Origin: Octopus sinensis
Lineage: Eukaryota
Reading direction: 5' to 3'
Length of the DNA: 64,000 nucleotides
Assembly (NCBI RefSeq): GCF_006345805.1
Contig: NC_043006.1
Coordinates: forward strand, 41,354,001 to 41,418,000
Part shown: piece by piece, positions 41,204 to 54,230 of the stretch
Layout of the letters: every line of letters starts with the position of its first letter
Position numbering within the stretch: the first letter of the stretch is position 1
Position numbers and translations under genes: made by a program
Notes under the pieces: model-generated
What the model was told of the DNA's origin: nothing
The model's input: the letters and a program-made list of their open reading frames with translations, nothing else
The model's database searches: none

Positions 41204-41310
41204 AATGATGATTATAATAATAATAATAATAATAATAATGATAATAATAATAATAATAATACCCAGTGTCACTTTGATGGCATGAACTGCTCTCTCACTC
41301 AATAATAATA

Positions 41311-41364
<54 letters not shown>

Positions 41365-41449
41365 GAAGAAGAAGAAGAAGAACAACAACAACAAGAACAA
41401 GAACAAGAACAAGAACAAGAACAAGAACAAGAACAAGAACAAGAAGAAG

Positions 41450-41759
41450 ATTAGGAAAATGGGCTGATTGTTACCTAGCTACATATCAGGAAACCTCTAA
41501 CTGGCAGAAATTCAAAAGATTATGCCCATGGGAACTGCTCATATCCTACGTAAAATACTATCTATGTAATTTGAAATTTTAAAACAATCTCATAATTTTC
41601 TTGTTTTCTTAAACATTCCTCAGAACATCACTATGTGCAAAAAAATATATATATGACACCCTAGGCATAACACCAACATGAATTTCTAACTTGTTGTCTC
41701 TTGAGGTCCCTGGGAGTGACTTGGAGCCAACTTGCATAAATACAAAGCAAAAGTCAAAC

Positions 41760-41762
<3 letters not shown>
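41450..41762 (+). mobile_element. 3' fragment of the R4/Dong-like LINE
   Basis: Aligns with 44670-45002 (atgggaactgctcatatcctacg...gcaaaagtcaaacata) and ends in (TAA)n. Confidence 0.85.
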
Positions 41763-41825
<63 letters not shown>

Positions 41826-41826
<1 letters not shown>

Positions 41827-42170
41827 CCTTTCTACTGTTGGCACAAGGCCTCAAATTTGGGGGAGGGGACTAGACGATTTCATCGTCTCTAGTTCTTAGC
41901 TGGTACTTATTTTTTAGACCCCGAAATGATAAAAGGTAAATTCGACCTCAGCGGAATTTGAAGTGAAAAAGTAAAGACGGACGAAATACCGCTAAGTACT
42001 TCGTACGGCGTGCTAACGATTCTGTCGGCTCGCCGCCTATAATAGCTTCAAATTTTGGTACGAGATTAGCACTTTGGAGAGGAGGGGGCAAATCGGTGGA
42101 GATGAAAGTTAAAGTCGACCTCAGAGGGATTTGAACTCAGGCAGTAATAATAATAATAATGATAATAATA

Positions 42171-42223
<53 letters not shown>

Positions 42224-42430
42224 GCTTCAAATTTTGCCACAAGGGTAGCGATTTGGGGGGAGAGGATGAGTGGATTACATCGACCTCAGAGTTCAACTGT
42301 TACTTGTTTTATTGACCCCGAAAGGATGAAATGCAAAGTCGATCTCGGCAGAATATGAACTCAGAACGTAAAGACGGACGAAATACCGTTAATCACTTGG
42401 CCCCGCGTGCTAACGATTCTGCCAGCTCGC
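41826..42430 (-). mobile_element. Cluster of SINE family A copies (41826-42038, 42222-42430) with (TAA)n tails
   Basis: ctaacgattctg..gctcgc heads; gaccccgaaa..gatgaaa motif. Confidence 0.8.
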
Positions 42431-42439
42431 TTCATTAAC

Positions 42440-42510
<71 letters not shown>

Positions 42511-45000
42511 CTGCTAACAGAACTGTACAATGATGTACTGCTAACAGAACTGTACAATGATAAACTGCTAACAGAACTGTACAATGATAAACTGCTAACA
42601 GAACTGTACAATGATGTTCTGCAACACCCTAGTAGGATGCCCCCTTGGCTAGTTAATGGGTTAACATTCCTGCTTCCAAAAAGTGAAGAAACAAATGAAC
42701 CAAAAAACTATAGACCCATAACCTGCTTAACAACTATGTACAAAACTCTAACATCTGTCCTGACGGAATATACCTATAGTTTTTTAACAGACAGCAGCAT
42801 ATTCCCTAATGAACAGAAAGGATGTAAACGTGGATCCTACGGCTGTAAAGACCAACTACTCATCAATAAGATGATCTTAGAAGATTGTCACAAACGACAC
42901 AAAAACTTATCAATAGCCTGGATAGACTATAAAAAGGCTTTTGATAGCCTACCACATAGCTGGATTAGGAAATGCCTTGAAATGTATAAGATAGCACCAA
43001 CTCTGCGAAACTTCTTGACTGTAAGTATGAGATCATGGAGAACCACACTAACTCTGAACAGTGACAGTGAATCCCTAAATGCTGGTGATGTAAAAATTTC
43101 GTGTGGCATTTTCCAGGGTGACTCACTGTCACCACTCCTCTTTTGTTTATCCTTAATACCTCTCTCAAAGCTGCTCAATGACGCGCAGTACGGGTATAAA
43201 ATGTTTGATAAAAATATAAATCATCTCGTTTACATGGATGATTTAAAGCTTTTTGCAAAAATGATCAACAACTCAGGGCTTACTAGCGATAGTCAAACAA
43301 TTCAGTGACGACATCAGAATGCAATTCGGCCTCGATAAATGTGCAAAGGCTACCTTTATCAAAGGAAAAATGACAGAAACATCTAACGTTAACCTTGACC
43401 AACAGAATGTCATAAAAGAACTAGACCCAGCGGAGAGCTACAAGTACCTAGGGGTAATTGAAGGGAACGGAATAAGGCATTCAGAGATGAAGGAAAGGAT
43501 CAGGAGAGAATGCTATCGAAGAGTGAGAGCAATACTCAAGACAGAGCTGAATGCAAGAAACAGGATCGAAGCAATCAATGCATTAGCTATACCAGTCGTG
43601 ACTTACAGTTTCAATATTGTTAACTGGTCAATTACTGAAATATGTCAGCTCGACAGAAAAATAAGGAAACTGTTGACAATGCATAGAATGCACCACCCTA
43701 AGGCAGATACAGAACGACTCTATCTGCCAAGAAAAGAGGGAGGCCGTGGTCTTTTGCAACAGGCAATAACAATGAAGATTGCTACAATTGGCCTAGACAC
43801 CTACCTGAAAAACTCTGAGGACTGGATGTTAAAACTTGTCTCAAAACATGAAAACAAGAAAGCATCATACTCAGTCACAAAACAGGCAAAGGAATATCTA
43901 AGTGAATTCCGAATACAACCAATTTCGGAATTAGAGATAGACATACAAGAAACAAGCACAGAAAAAGCTAGGCGCATGAAAACCCGTGCCAAAACTGCGG
44001 CCTTAGATATTCTGAATAATAAATGGCAAGAAAAACATCTCTACGGCAAATACCCAAAGAGAGCGAATAATGCAGATATCGACAAAGCCCTGACCCATCA
44101 ATGGCTAATGGCCTCTGGCTTAAAATCTGAAACAGAGGGGTTTATCATAGCAGCTCAAGATCAATGCCTACCAACAAGAAACTACCAGGCCACATATTAA
44201 AGATCAGAAGCAGTCCAACGTGTCGTGTATGCAAGCAACAAAATGAACCATTGACCATGTGGTCTCCAAGTGCAGTCTTCTAGCGCCTACACAGTATCTC
44301 AACAGGCACGATAGAGCTGCACAATATATTCACTGGGTAATCTGTAAAAACCTGGATTTGCCCCATGAAAAAAACTGGTGGGAACACAAACCACCCCCAG
44401 TGCTTGAAAATGACCACATCTCACTCCTCTGGAACTTCACCATTCAAACTGACAGGAAGATAGATGCAAATAGGCCAGACATCATATTGAAAGACTTCAA
44501 ACAAAGAACATGCCTCCTCATTGATATGACTGTCCCAATCGATATAAACGTATCTGTCAGGACCTACCAAAAACTGAGCAAATATAAAGATCTTGAAATA
44601 GAAATCAGCAAAATGTGGAAGCTGAAGACTAAAACAATACCTGTTGTCATAGGTGCCCTGGAATGATAGCAAAAGGGGCTGATAGCTACCTAACTCAGAT
44701 ACCAGGAAACCCCAAAATGGCAGAAGTTCAAAAGATAGTGCTCATGGGAACTGCTCATATCCTACGCAAAATACTCTCTATGTAACCTCAAGGTTTAAAA
44801 CAACCATAATTTTCGGTTTAAAAAAAAAAAAAACAACTTTTTTTTTTTTTTAGACATTCATTAGTACAACATCCCCAACCCCCAAATATATGGCACACTA
44901 GGCATAACAACAACATGAACTTCCAACCCTGTTGTCTCTTGAGGTCTCTGGGTGAGACTTGGAGCCAACTTGTACAAATATAAAGCAAAAGTCAAACATA

Positions 45001-45002
<2 letters not shown>
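42511..45002 (+). mobile_element. 5'-truncated R4/Dong-clade non-LTR retrotransposon in (TAA)n
   Basis: RT, CCHC and restriction-like endonuclease motifs; (TAA)n on both sides; 3' UTR 44786-45002. Confidence 0.92.
42592..44785 (+). pseudogene. RT-RLE polyprotein, frameshifted as assembled
   Basis: NYRPITCL, WIDYKKAFDS, GIFQGDSLSPLLF, YMDDLKLF, FGLDKC, CRVC..H..SKC, RHD, RPDII, LID..VP, KLSKYKDL, PVVIGALG. Confidence 0.92.
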
Positions 45003-45047
<45 letters not shown>

Positions 45048-45049
<2 letters not shown>

Positions 45050-45255
45050 CCTTTCTACTATAGGCACAAGCCCGAAATTAGTGGGAGGGGGATAGTCGAC
45101 TACATTGACACCAGTACTCAACTGATACTTTATTTATCGAGCCCGAAATTATGAAAGGCAAATTCGACATCGGCAGAATTTGAACGCAGAACGTAGCGGC
45201 AGACAAATTACCACTAAGCGTTTCATCCGGCTTGCTAACGATTCTGCCAGCTCAC
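45048..45255 (-). mobile_element. SINE family A whose (TTA)n tail abuts the Dong 3' end
   Basis: atcctttctactataggcacaag...ctaacgattctgccagctcacc. Confidence 0.8.
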
Positions 45256-45313
45256 CGATTTAGTAATAATGATAATGATGATGATGATGATGATGATAAT
45301 AATAATAATAATA

Positions 45314-45366
<53 letters not shown>

Positions 45367-46127
45367 GAAACAAGTGCACAGCAACAGAAGTCGGTCGAAT
45401 TTCAACTTGGAACATAAGTAGAGCGTAATAGGTCATGTCAAGATATTTGTTTCAGGTGACCTCTCCGTTATTACAAGCGCAATAATAATGATTTTCTTTT
45501 TACATAGGACAAAAGGCGACATCTTTTGAATCGGGGTAAAACTATTTCATTGATCCCAGTGATTCAGTGAGTCATTTTATTGACCTCAAAAGAAGGAAAG
45601 AGAAAATTGCTACCCATGCTTTAAATACAGATTTGAGTTGCATATTCACCGATAGCTATAAATCCAATTATAAATCAAATAGATATTATAGCATACAAAC
45701 ACACACGCACGCACATTCATAAGGAAGCTTCTGTTATCCCATCTGCAAATGTAAATGATCTCATATATCGTTATAGATATCAACTGTTTGGTTTTAGGCC
45801 ATATTTCATAAACTATTTTCTAAATATATAAATTAGCACGAAATAGAAGCCCTTAATTTAGTAAGCAATGACTTTCGGGTTGGTGATAAATGTTAATGAG
45901 TTCCTTCAGGGTATCACAGAATCTCATAAACTTCTAAATTATTTCATAATTCCTATTGGGATTCGTTAAGAAAATATAACATTCTCTACAAGTCACGTCC
46001 AATATGTTTGAAACAAAATTTATATCTAATTCTAATTTCAATTTTTATCAAAAATTCAATATTCATCGGTAAAACACATACACATATGTATATGCATAAA
46101 ACATAACTATACACATATACATGTATA

Positions 46128-46163
<36 letters not shown>

Positions 46164-46466
46164 TGTATGTATATATACATATACATACACATATGCACAT
46201 ATGCACAAGTATACATATGTGTGTATATATGTATGTTCGTATGTCTGTAAGTACGTACATATAGTACACTTATAAGTATGCATTCGTGTATGCGCAAATG
46301 TGTGTTCGCTTGTACAGTTGTTCATGGCCATTTTAAAATAAATTCTCATGTCTGTTTCATAAGCGTATCGTAACATCACTGCGGAATTCAACCATGTGAG
46401 TAAGCTACATGGTTCTCTATCTATCTCTCTCTCAGTCCCTCTCTCTCTTCTTCTCTCAATCTTTCT

Positions 46467-46499
<33 letters not shown>

Positions 46500-46628
46500 T
46501 CTCTCAATCTTTCTCTCTCTCTCTTTCTCTGTTAAATTTATTGACAACCAAATCTAGAAGATATGCGTGGCTTGAAGCCATGTAATCACACTACTACTAC
46601 CCTAACCACTGGGAGAGAGAGAGAGTGT

Positions 46629-46669
<41 letters not shown>

Positions 46670-46771
46670 AGAGACAGACAGAAAGACTAAGACAGAATGA
46701 CAGAAAAAGTGAGAGAGAGAGTAGAGAGAGAGAGACAGGCGGAAAGACTGAGACATAATGAGAGAGAGAGT

Positions 46772-46850
<79 letters not shown>

Positions 46851-47264
46851 CGGGAGCGAAAAAGTAGCTGACTGTTAGTTATGAAATTCTTTGAAAAGCC
46901 GACAAGATTTTGCTGATTTGCATATCTCGCATTCACACGAGATGTATTTTAGTGAACTTAAATAATGAGATGATTGATACCTAAATGCGTTTCTGCATAA
47001 ATTTTCATGCGCTCGCTAAGTAAGCATACATTTAACCCTGCCGTGTATATCTGGCTTAAAGCAAAGAGGCTGTCGTTCGTTGGTCCTTTCTGTGAAGGGG
47101 TTGTTGTGGGGTAACCAATCGTTATTTATATTAAACGTACACATGCGAATTTATTTACATATAAAGGTTACTGACAGCGTTGGTAGCTCCTCCGACAAAC
47201 TAATAAAACGAAGTATGTAAGGCTTTCTACAACCGATTTCTTTTGACAAAGTAAACAGGAGATG

Positions 47265-47632
47265 TGTTGTGGCACTCCGTCGGTTACGATGACGAGGGTT
47301 CCAGTTGATCCGATCAACGGAACGGCCTGCTCGTGCAATTAACGTGTAAGTGGCTGAGCACTCCACATACACGTGTACCCTTAACGTAGTTCTCGGGGAG
47401 ATTCAGCTCGACAGAGTGTGTGACAAGGGTGGCCCTTTGAAATACAGGTACAACAGAAACAGGAAGAAAGAGTGAGAGAAAGTTGTGATGATAGAGTACA
47501 GCATGGCTCACCAACCCCTGCCGGAGCCTCGTGGAGCTTTAGGTGTTTCCGCTCAGTAAACACTCACAATGCCCGGTCTGAGAAACGAAACCGCGAGTCC
47601 GCTGCCCTAACCACTGGGCCATTGTACCTCCA
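47265..47632 (-). mobile_element. SINE family C variant
   Basis: Shares gtggcactccgtcggttacga...acacgtgtacccttaacgtagttctcgggga with 34929-35245; tRNA-like head near 47575-47632. Confidence 0.8.
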
Positions 47633-49957
47633 TAGGAGAATATAGAAATAGGTGAATCAGTCATTAAAATACTGACATATATTTAGCTTACTTTATCGAG
47701 GTAATATGTCTTAGAATTACAAGAGAGAATAGTTAGGTGTTATGATAGTTAAATATTGACAGAGCAACATCGGAGATAATGCCGTTTGAACCATGTATGG
47801 AGTTGTCAACATGTCGTACTCTAAACATACTTGATGTATCTATTTTAACGCATGATCCTAGCTTCGTTTTGAAGCAATTTTTAATTGACCTGATAAAACT
47901 GTTTCCTCTGAGGTCTGGGTATTTGAATGGGTATGAAGACATCACGATTTTATTTGAACTGACAACAATATCAAGTTCTAAAACTAACAAAAAATATTAA
48001 CGTCTTCCCAGATAAATTACACTTGAATTAATAAAATAGCTACTTATTTCCATAGTAAAACTATATGCATCTCAAGAAGTTTTTTTCCCTTAATATTAAA
48101 AAGGAATTAGATTTCTAAATTGAAAGATGAAGGGAAAAAGCGATACAATTTTCTTTTTAGTAGAAATATATATAAATACATAAAATAACTTATAACAAAA
48201 CACGTTAAAATTCCAATGTGTGAAAATATTTTATTGCGCGCAAAGCTTGGATTTGTGTTTCAGTCCGGAATTATTAATATTGTGTTTTACATAAATCTAT
48301 GTTTACAGGAATTATTTTTGAGCATGATGTGTTACTAGATTGGCAAAACAATAAAGATTTTTAACACTTTTCTATTTAATGTAAATAAAAGTTCAAAGGA
48401 TGATAACATATTAAAGAACGACATTCCTGAGTTGATAGTTTGAACGTCGATATGAAACGCTTTCCACCTATAAAACAGATTGTGAGTAGATATACATTTT
48501 GCTTAGATACGCTTTGTTCTTAACTTGTCTGTTTTCGTTTGCTTTAGCTTTCGTTTATTCTATTCCGATAAGGATTTCTTAGATCAGCACTTGTTCTCAA
48601 CTTTAAGGGATGCAATGCAAATTTGTATGAAGTATAAGTCTCTATTAAATATATTAGGGTCAAGGAAACCTTAGCTCCGTTGAAAAACTGCTTGACACAC
48701 TGATATTCAGGGTTACTCGAGAAGCACATTGCTATACAATTACAATGTTAAGATATCGACTGGGTGCTTACTTGATTATATCTCGTATTAGCTTTGCACT
48801 GTATCTCTACCAATGAATCTTTTTTAGATTGTGCTTTATCTGCAAAAGTATGTTCTTTAAAGCAGTACCTCTTTTATAGTATGGAGTAGGACACCTGGTG
48901 GGTGCTTCGAGAAAGGATGAATTGTTATGTTTAATAAAAATGAAATGGTCTAAAAAGTTTAAACTTGTACAACATAATAGCCAAGAAAGAATCATAATTT
49001 TGGTTTCAAATTATGGCACAAGGCCAGCAATTTCTGGGCTGGGAGTAAGTCTATTACATCGACCCCAGCGCTCACCCCGAAAGGTGATGAAAGCAAAGTC
49101 GACCTCGGACGAATTTGAACTCCAAAAGAAATAATCTTTATAACGTGGCAATCCTTATTTTCTTATCAGTCCCGTCGACTGGCGTTTTGAGAAAGTGTCT
49201 TCACTACAGCCCCGGCCGACCAATATCTTATAAATGGATTTAACAGAAAGAGAACGTGTGGAAATCTGTCACACACACACACACAGAAGGTAAATCCATA
49301 AAAAACCTGTGCAGTCGTTTTGTCTTGCTCGGAGATACAGTGCGTCGGCGGGAATCGAAATCACAAACTTTTGATCGGGAGCCGATATAGCTTAATCACT
49401 TAGCTAGTTTATCTAGGCGACAGTGTCATTCCGCAATTGTTAAACATATCATCCTCCAATTCTATGCGATGTCTTTAATTACCACGTTTTACATTATACT
49501 TTTGATTTATTAAAAATTCAATGAAATATTTCTTAGAAAGATTTATAAAATTCTGCCTAAAACCAGTTTGTGGAGATGATAATGTATTTTTATTTTTATC
49601 TTCATGTATGCAATATTATAGCTGCCATATTGATGCTTTTCAAATATCTATCGTATGTTATAAAAGGATTTATAATTATAGCCAAATGTAAACTCGTATT
49701 TGGTTGCATTTTAATGAAGAGAGGTTACATTTTAGTGGAACTGGTAGAATCGTTGGATCACCGGACAAAATGCTTAGGGCTGTTTCTTCTGTCTCTACCT
49801 TCTCATTTAAAATATCGCCGAAGTCGGCTTTGCCATTCGCCATTTTGGGGTCAATAAAATATGTACCAGTTGGGCACTAGGATGGTATATTATCGACTAT
49901 CCTATCTCCCCAAAACTTCTGGTCTAGTGATAGAATATGAAAAATTATTGTTATTAT

Positions 49958-50316
49958 TATTACCTCCGCCTTAGCGAAGGTGGAGGTATTGTTTTTCAGT
50001 CGTGTTTGTTTGTCCGTGGACAGGATATCTCAAGAACCGCTAGATGGATTCGGATGAAACTTTCAGAGATGTTTGGCCTCGTAACTGACAGGAACTGATT
50101 AGATTTGGCAATTGATCCGGTACCGAACAACAATTCTGGAATATTTTTCCTGTTTTTTTTTTTTTTTTTTTACTTAATTTTCATTTTTAGTATTCTCGTT
50201 TGTGAGAGCAGTGGAGTTTATCTCAGATATTCTCATTTTAAAAATCATCTTTGGCTAATCGTTGAGAGGACGTTAATGTTGCCTTGGCGGAGGTTTGCCT
50301 TGTCTGAGTGCTCTTG
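49958..50316 (+). mobile_element. Helentron-associated (HINE/DINE-like) non-autonomous element
   Basis: 5' hairpin acctccgcc-ttagcgaa-ggtggaggt, gtttgtttgtccgt tract, 3' subterminal ggcggaggt, T-rich insertion context. Confidence 0.7.
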
Positions 50317-50498
50317 TTGTTGCTGTTGTTATTGTTTTTGTTGTTGTTGTTGTTGTTGTTATTTCAAATTCCGCCGAGGTCGACTTTGCCTTTCATCCTT
50401 TCGACGTCGATAAATTAAGTACTAGTTGAGTACTGGGATCGATGTAATCAACTATCCCCTTCCCCCAAATTTCAGGTCTTGTGCCTATAGTAGAAAGG

Positions 50499-50537
<39 letters not shown>

Positions 50538-51071
50538 GAGTGAGAGAGCAGTTCATGCCATCAAAGTGACACTGGGGTAAAATATACGAAGCCCAATATA
50601 CCCATCATGACTACCCGTCTGATAAGGGTACACCAGGCACATGCATCACAACCATATGTGCGCGACATGGTGATCTCATATCAAGATAAACAGCACATGA
50701 CCTTGCAGGTGGGGCCCAGTTAGAAATTTCTTCAGGTTGAGTAGCCCATCCTGCTCAAAAGGTCCCTGAATAAGGGTTGTTTAAGGATGTTGAAAGAACC
50801 ACCCATGTTTCCAGAGGTGAATTATTCAAACTCCAAAGAATCCCTCTCAACACATGGCTATGATGCTCCCCCACTACTTCTGCTCGTGATCAGAGATGTA
50901 CATATCGTCAGCCACTAAGGGACATGCTCAACTGGTTAAAGTCAAACAACTGACAAGCAAATCTGGTATTGAGCAGAATATTTGCTGTAGCCCATCTTTT
51001 ATACCAAGACAAAACAATGTACATGATAACACTTCCAATCAGTTAAGATAGAATATTTGCTGTAGCCCATC

Positions 51072-51073
<2 letters not shown>
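50538..51073 (-). mobile_element. Second copy of the (TAA)n-inserted non-coding element
   Basis: Reverse complement of 40716-41203; 5' junction carries a duplicated internal 23-mer (gaatatttgctgtagcccatctt). Confidence 0.85.
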
Positions 51074-51133
<60 letters not shown>

Positions 51134-51430
51134 TTGGTTTGCCCCAGATTCGGTCTTATTCCTGGTAGGAATTATGTGGATAACGGGTTACTACATGTAA
51201 CCTTAGGTATCCACAAGTTTTCAGCAGTCTTTCACGTACTTACAACTCTCCTGATAAACCTTGCTGTTCCTAAGAGACAAACGTCCTGTAGGAGCTCTAC
51301 CGGGCACTTTATTTCAGTCTCCCTCAGTCATTTGCTCATATCTTGGCTTACTGTTCCAAGCGCACCAATTATTATAGGCACGACCATTACTGTTCATATG
51401 TTCCAAATTCTCCCTGTTTCAAATTTTAGG
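51134..51430 (-). mobile_element. 3' fragment of a different RLE (R4/Dong-like) LINE ending in (TAA)n
   Basis: RIWNI*TVMVVPIIIGALGTV...ELLQDVCLLGTARFIRRVV. Confidence 0.75.
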
Positions 51431-51696
51431 GGATCAAAATTCTTTATATATCAAATTTTAAGAGATATATCAATTGCTAAATTCCCTTGTTTGAAAATAT
51501 AATGACCCAGATCGTGTCGTATAGGCAGCTGGAGACGATGTCTCCTGGGGGTAAATTACAGTATCATTTGTCCTAAACCAGTATTGCCATGTTATGTTGG
51601 CAAACAATCTTTACTACAAACTACTGTTGCTGAATATCTCACGTTGTGAGATTTAAAAATAGTAATTTTCTAATATATCAATATCATTATTATTGA

Positions 51697-52075
51697 AGGC
51701 GGCCACGATTGACGAAATGCTTAGCGGTATTTCGTCGTCGTTACGTTCTGAGTTCAAATTCCGCCGAGGTCGACTTTGCCTTTCATCCTTTCGGGGTCGA
51801 TGAAATAAGTACCAGTTACGCACTGAGGTCGATATAATCGACTTAATCCGTTTGTCTGTCCTTGTTTGTATCTTCTGTGTTTAGTCCCTTGTGGGTAGTA
51901 AAGAAATAAGTATTTAGCCGTCGTTATGTTCTGAGTTCAAATTCTGCCTAGGTTGACTTTACCTTTCATCCTTTTGAGGTCTATCAATTAAGTATCAGTT
52001 GAAAACAGGGGTGATTACATCGACCCATTCCCTCCCCCATTATTCCCACCCCTGTGGAAAATTTGGTACTGCATC
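51697..52075 (+). mobile_element. SINE family A, tandem copies
   Basis: ttacgttctgagttcaaattccgccgaggtcgactttgcctttcatcctttcggggtcga; further copies at 49735-49940, 50362-50500 and 52507-52910. Confidence 0.85.
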
Positions 52076-53840
52076 AAGGCACTTATTATTATTATTATTA
52101 TCATTATTATTATTGTCGTTGTTGTTGGTATTTCAACTTACAGAATCGTTGGAGCATGATACAAATCATTTTGCAAGAGCAAATTCACTGAGCGAATAAC
52201 GGAGAATACTAGCGGTCTATAGGAATCTTTTAAGTTCTTTTATTACATCACATCGTGATGTATGGCTATGTTTTTGAACACAAAAATTGGCAGAAGTGCA
52301 AGGAATTAAAAAAATGTACAAGGCTGTATCGCTTGAAGCCAACAGTCGATTCTTAACTAGGTTGGTAGGACGCATGTAAAAGACAACATAGCGTAACATA
52401 TATGAAGGCAAAACTGTAAAGTGTGCCTTAATTTACCATAAGATCCATATTTTAATGCATTACTTGAAGAGAAAATAAACAAAAGATCTCACTATGGGCT
52501 ATATGACGGCAGTGAGATGGAAATCCTTTGCATGCAGGACATATGCTTAGCGGCATTTAGTCCGTTCTTACGTTCTGTGTTCAAAATCCGCGGAGGTCGA
52601 CTTTGCCTTTCATCCTTTCAGGGTCGATAAATTAAGTACCAGTTAAACACTGAGGTCGATGTGATTGACTTATCCGTTTCCCTGAAATGTCTGGTCTGGT
52701 CTTGTCCCAAAATTTGAAAGCCTTATAAGCAATGTGAAGGTGGTGCATTACGGAGAAAATGCTTTAATTTCCGAGTTCCAATTCTACCGTTGTTGTCTGC
52801 TTCTCATCCTTTCGGGGTCGATCAAAATATATCAAACAAATGCTGGGGTCGAGGTAATCGACTTACTCCCTTCCCCCACAAAATTCCTCGCCTTGTTCCG
52901 AAATTAGAAAGAGGGAAATATCTTCATATGCCTTTTTCTTTCTTTCAAAAATATTCTCACTCACACTGTCTTGATATTGAATATTAAAAAATAAATTTTT
53001 TTTTTGTGAAATATTTGTTAATCAAATTTGTTTTATTTGAACAAAAACCATACATTAGACGCATTATGGCAGAAATCCTAGATCGTGACCAGCTTTCATT
53101 TCTAAATTTTAACGTTTAACGTCATTTGCACAACTAATAAACTTGTCGAAGCTATTGAATCTACCCACGACTCCATGTTGGCCGTCCTTTACAAATGTGA
53201 AAAACAATTTCCCTAAGAGATCCTTATTGATTGGGAAATATTTTTTAAAGAAAATATTCTCATCGAATGGGAAAATATTTGTAGAACTGATCGATAATCC
53301 TTTGATAATATGACAGTCACATTTTTTGTTCCTTTTCATAAACACCTCTTTCATGAAGGTACACAAACGATAATTTGAACTCAAATTATCATTTATTGTT
53401 TCTAGCCCGCAGACTTTAAATAGAAATGCAAAAATAAGGAAATACACACTGGTTTCTTACGTGAATTTCCTTTTTTTAAAATTTATAAAAGTTCCGTTTC
53501 TCTCCAGCAATGTTGTAATTCTACGTCAATAAAATTGGAATTTTGAAATAGCTGTAATAAAATGCCATGATCGTGATATACTCAAACCAACAGCATACAA
53601 GAAACAAAAAAAGGATGAAAGATAAAAATTAAAACGAACAAAATTTCATCCAAGAATTCAAAAATACCTCACAAAGGTGCAGACTTTTTTGCAGACTGTC
53701 TTTGTTGTTAAGAAACTCAGTGTGTAACCAGGGTATTTCGGATAGAACACCTCCCCCTACTGCGCAGCATCTTGGGACGTCTTCTGCTATAATCCCGGAC
53801 CGACCAGTGCATTGTGAGCAAATTTACTGAACGGAAACTC

Positions 53841-53891
<51 letters not shown>

Positions 53892-53914
53892 CGTGTGTGT
53901 GTGTGTGTGTGTGT

Positions 53915-54230
53915 TCTTTTATTCTTTTATTTGTTTCATTCATTTGACACCGGCCATGCTGGAGCACCGCCTTTAAGCGAGCAAATCGACGCCAGGACTT
54001 ATTATTTGTAAGCCTAGTACTCATCCTATCGGTATCTCTTGCCAATCCGCTAAGTTACGGGGACGTAAACACACCATCATCGGTTGTCAAGCGATGTTGG
54101 GGGGACAAACACAGACATACAAACATATATATACGACGGGCTTCTTTCAGTTTCCGTCTACTAAATTCACTCACAAGGTTTTGGTCGGCCCGAGGCTATA
54201 GTAGAAGACACATGCCCATGATACCACGCC
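53915..54230 (-). mobile_element. SINE family B
   Basis: ggccatgctggagcaccgcc...ctaagttacggggacgtaaacacacc...ggtcggcccgaggctatagtagaagac. Confidence 0.85.

Noticed and set aside
42511-42618. CRISPR-like repeat array
   Set aside because: No unique spacers, eukaryotic context, and the repeat is LINE coding sequence; the same lack of spacers applies to 57758-57870.
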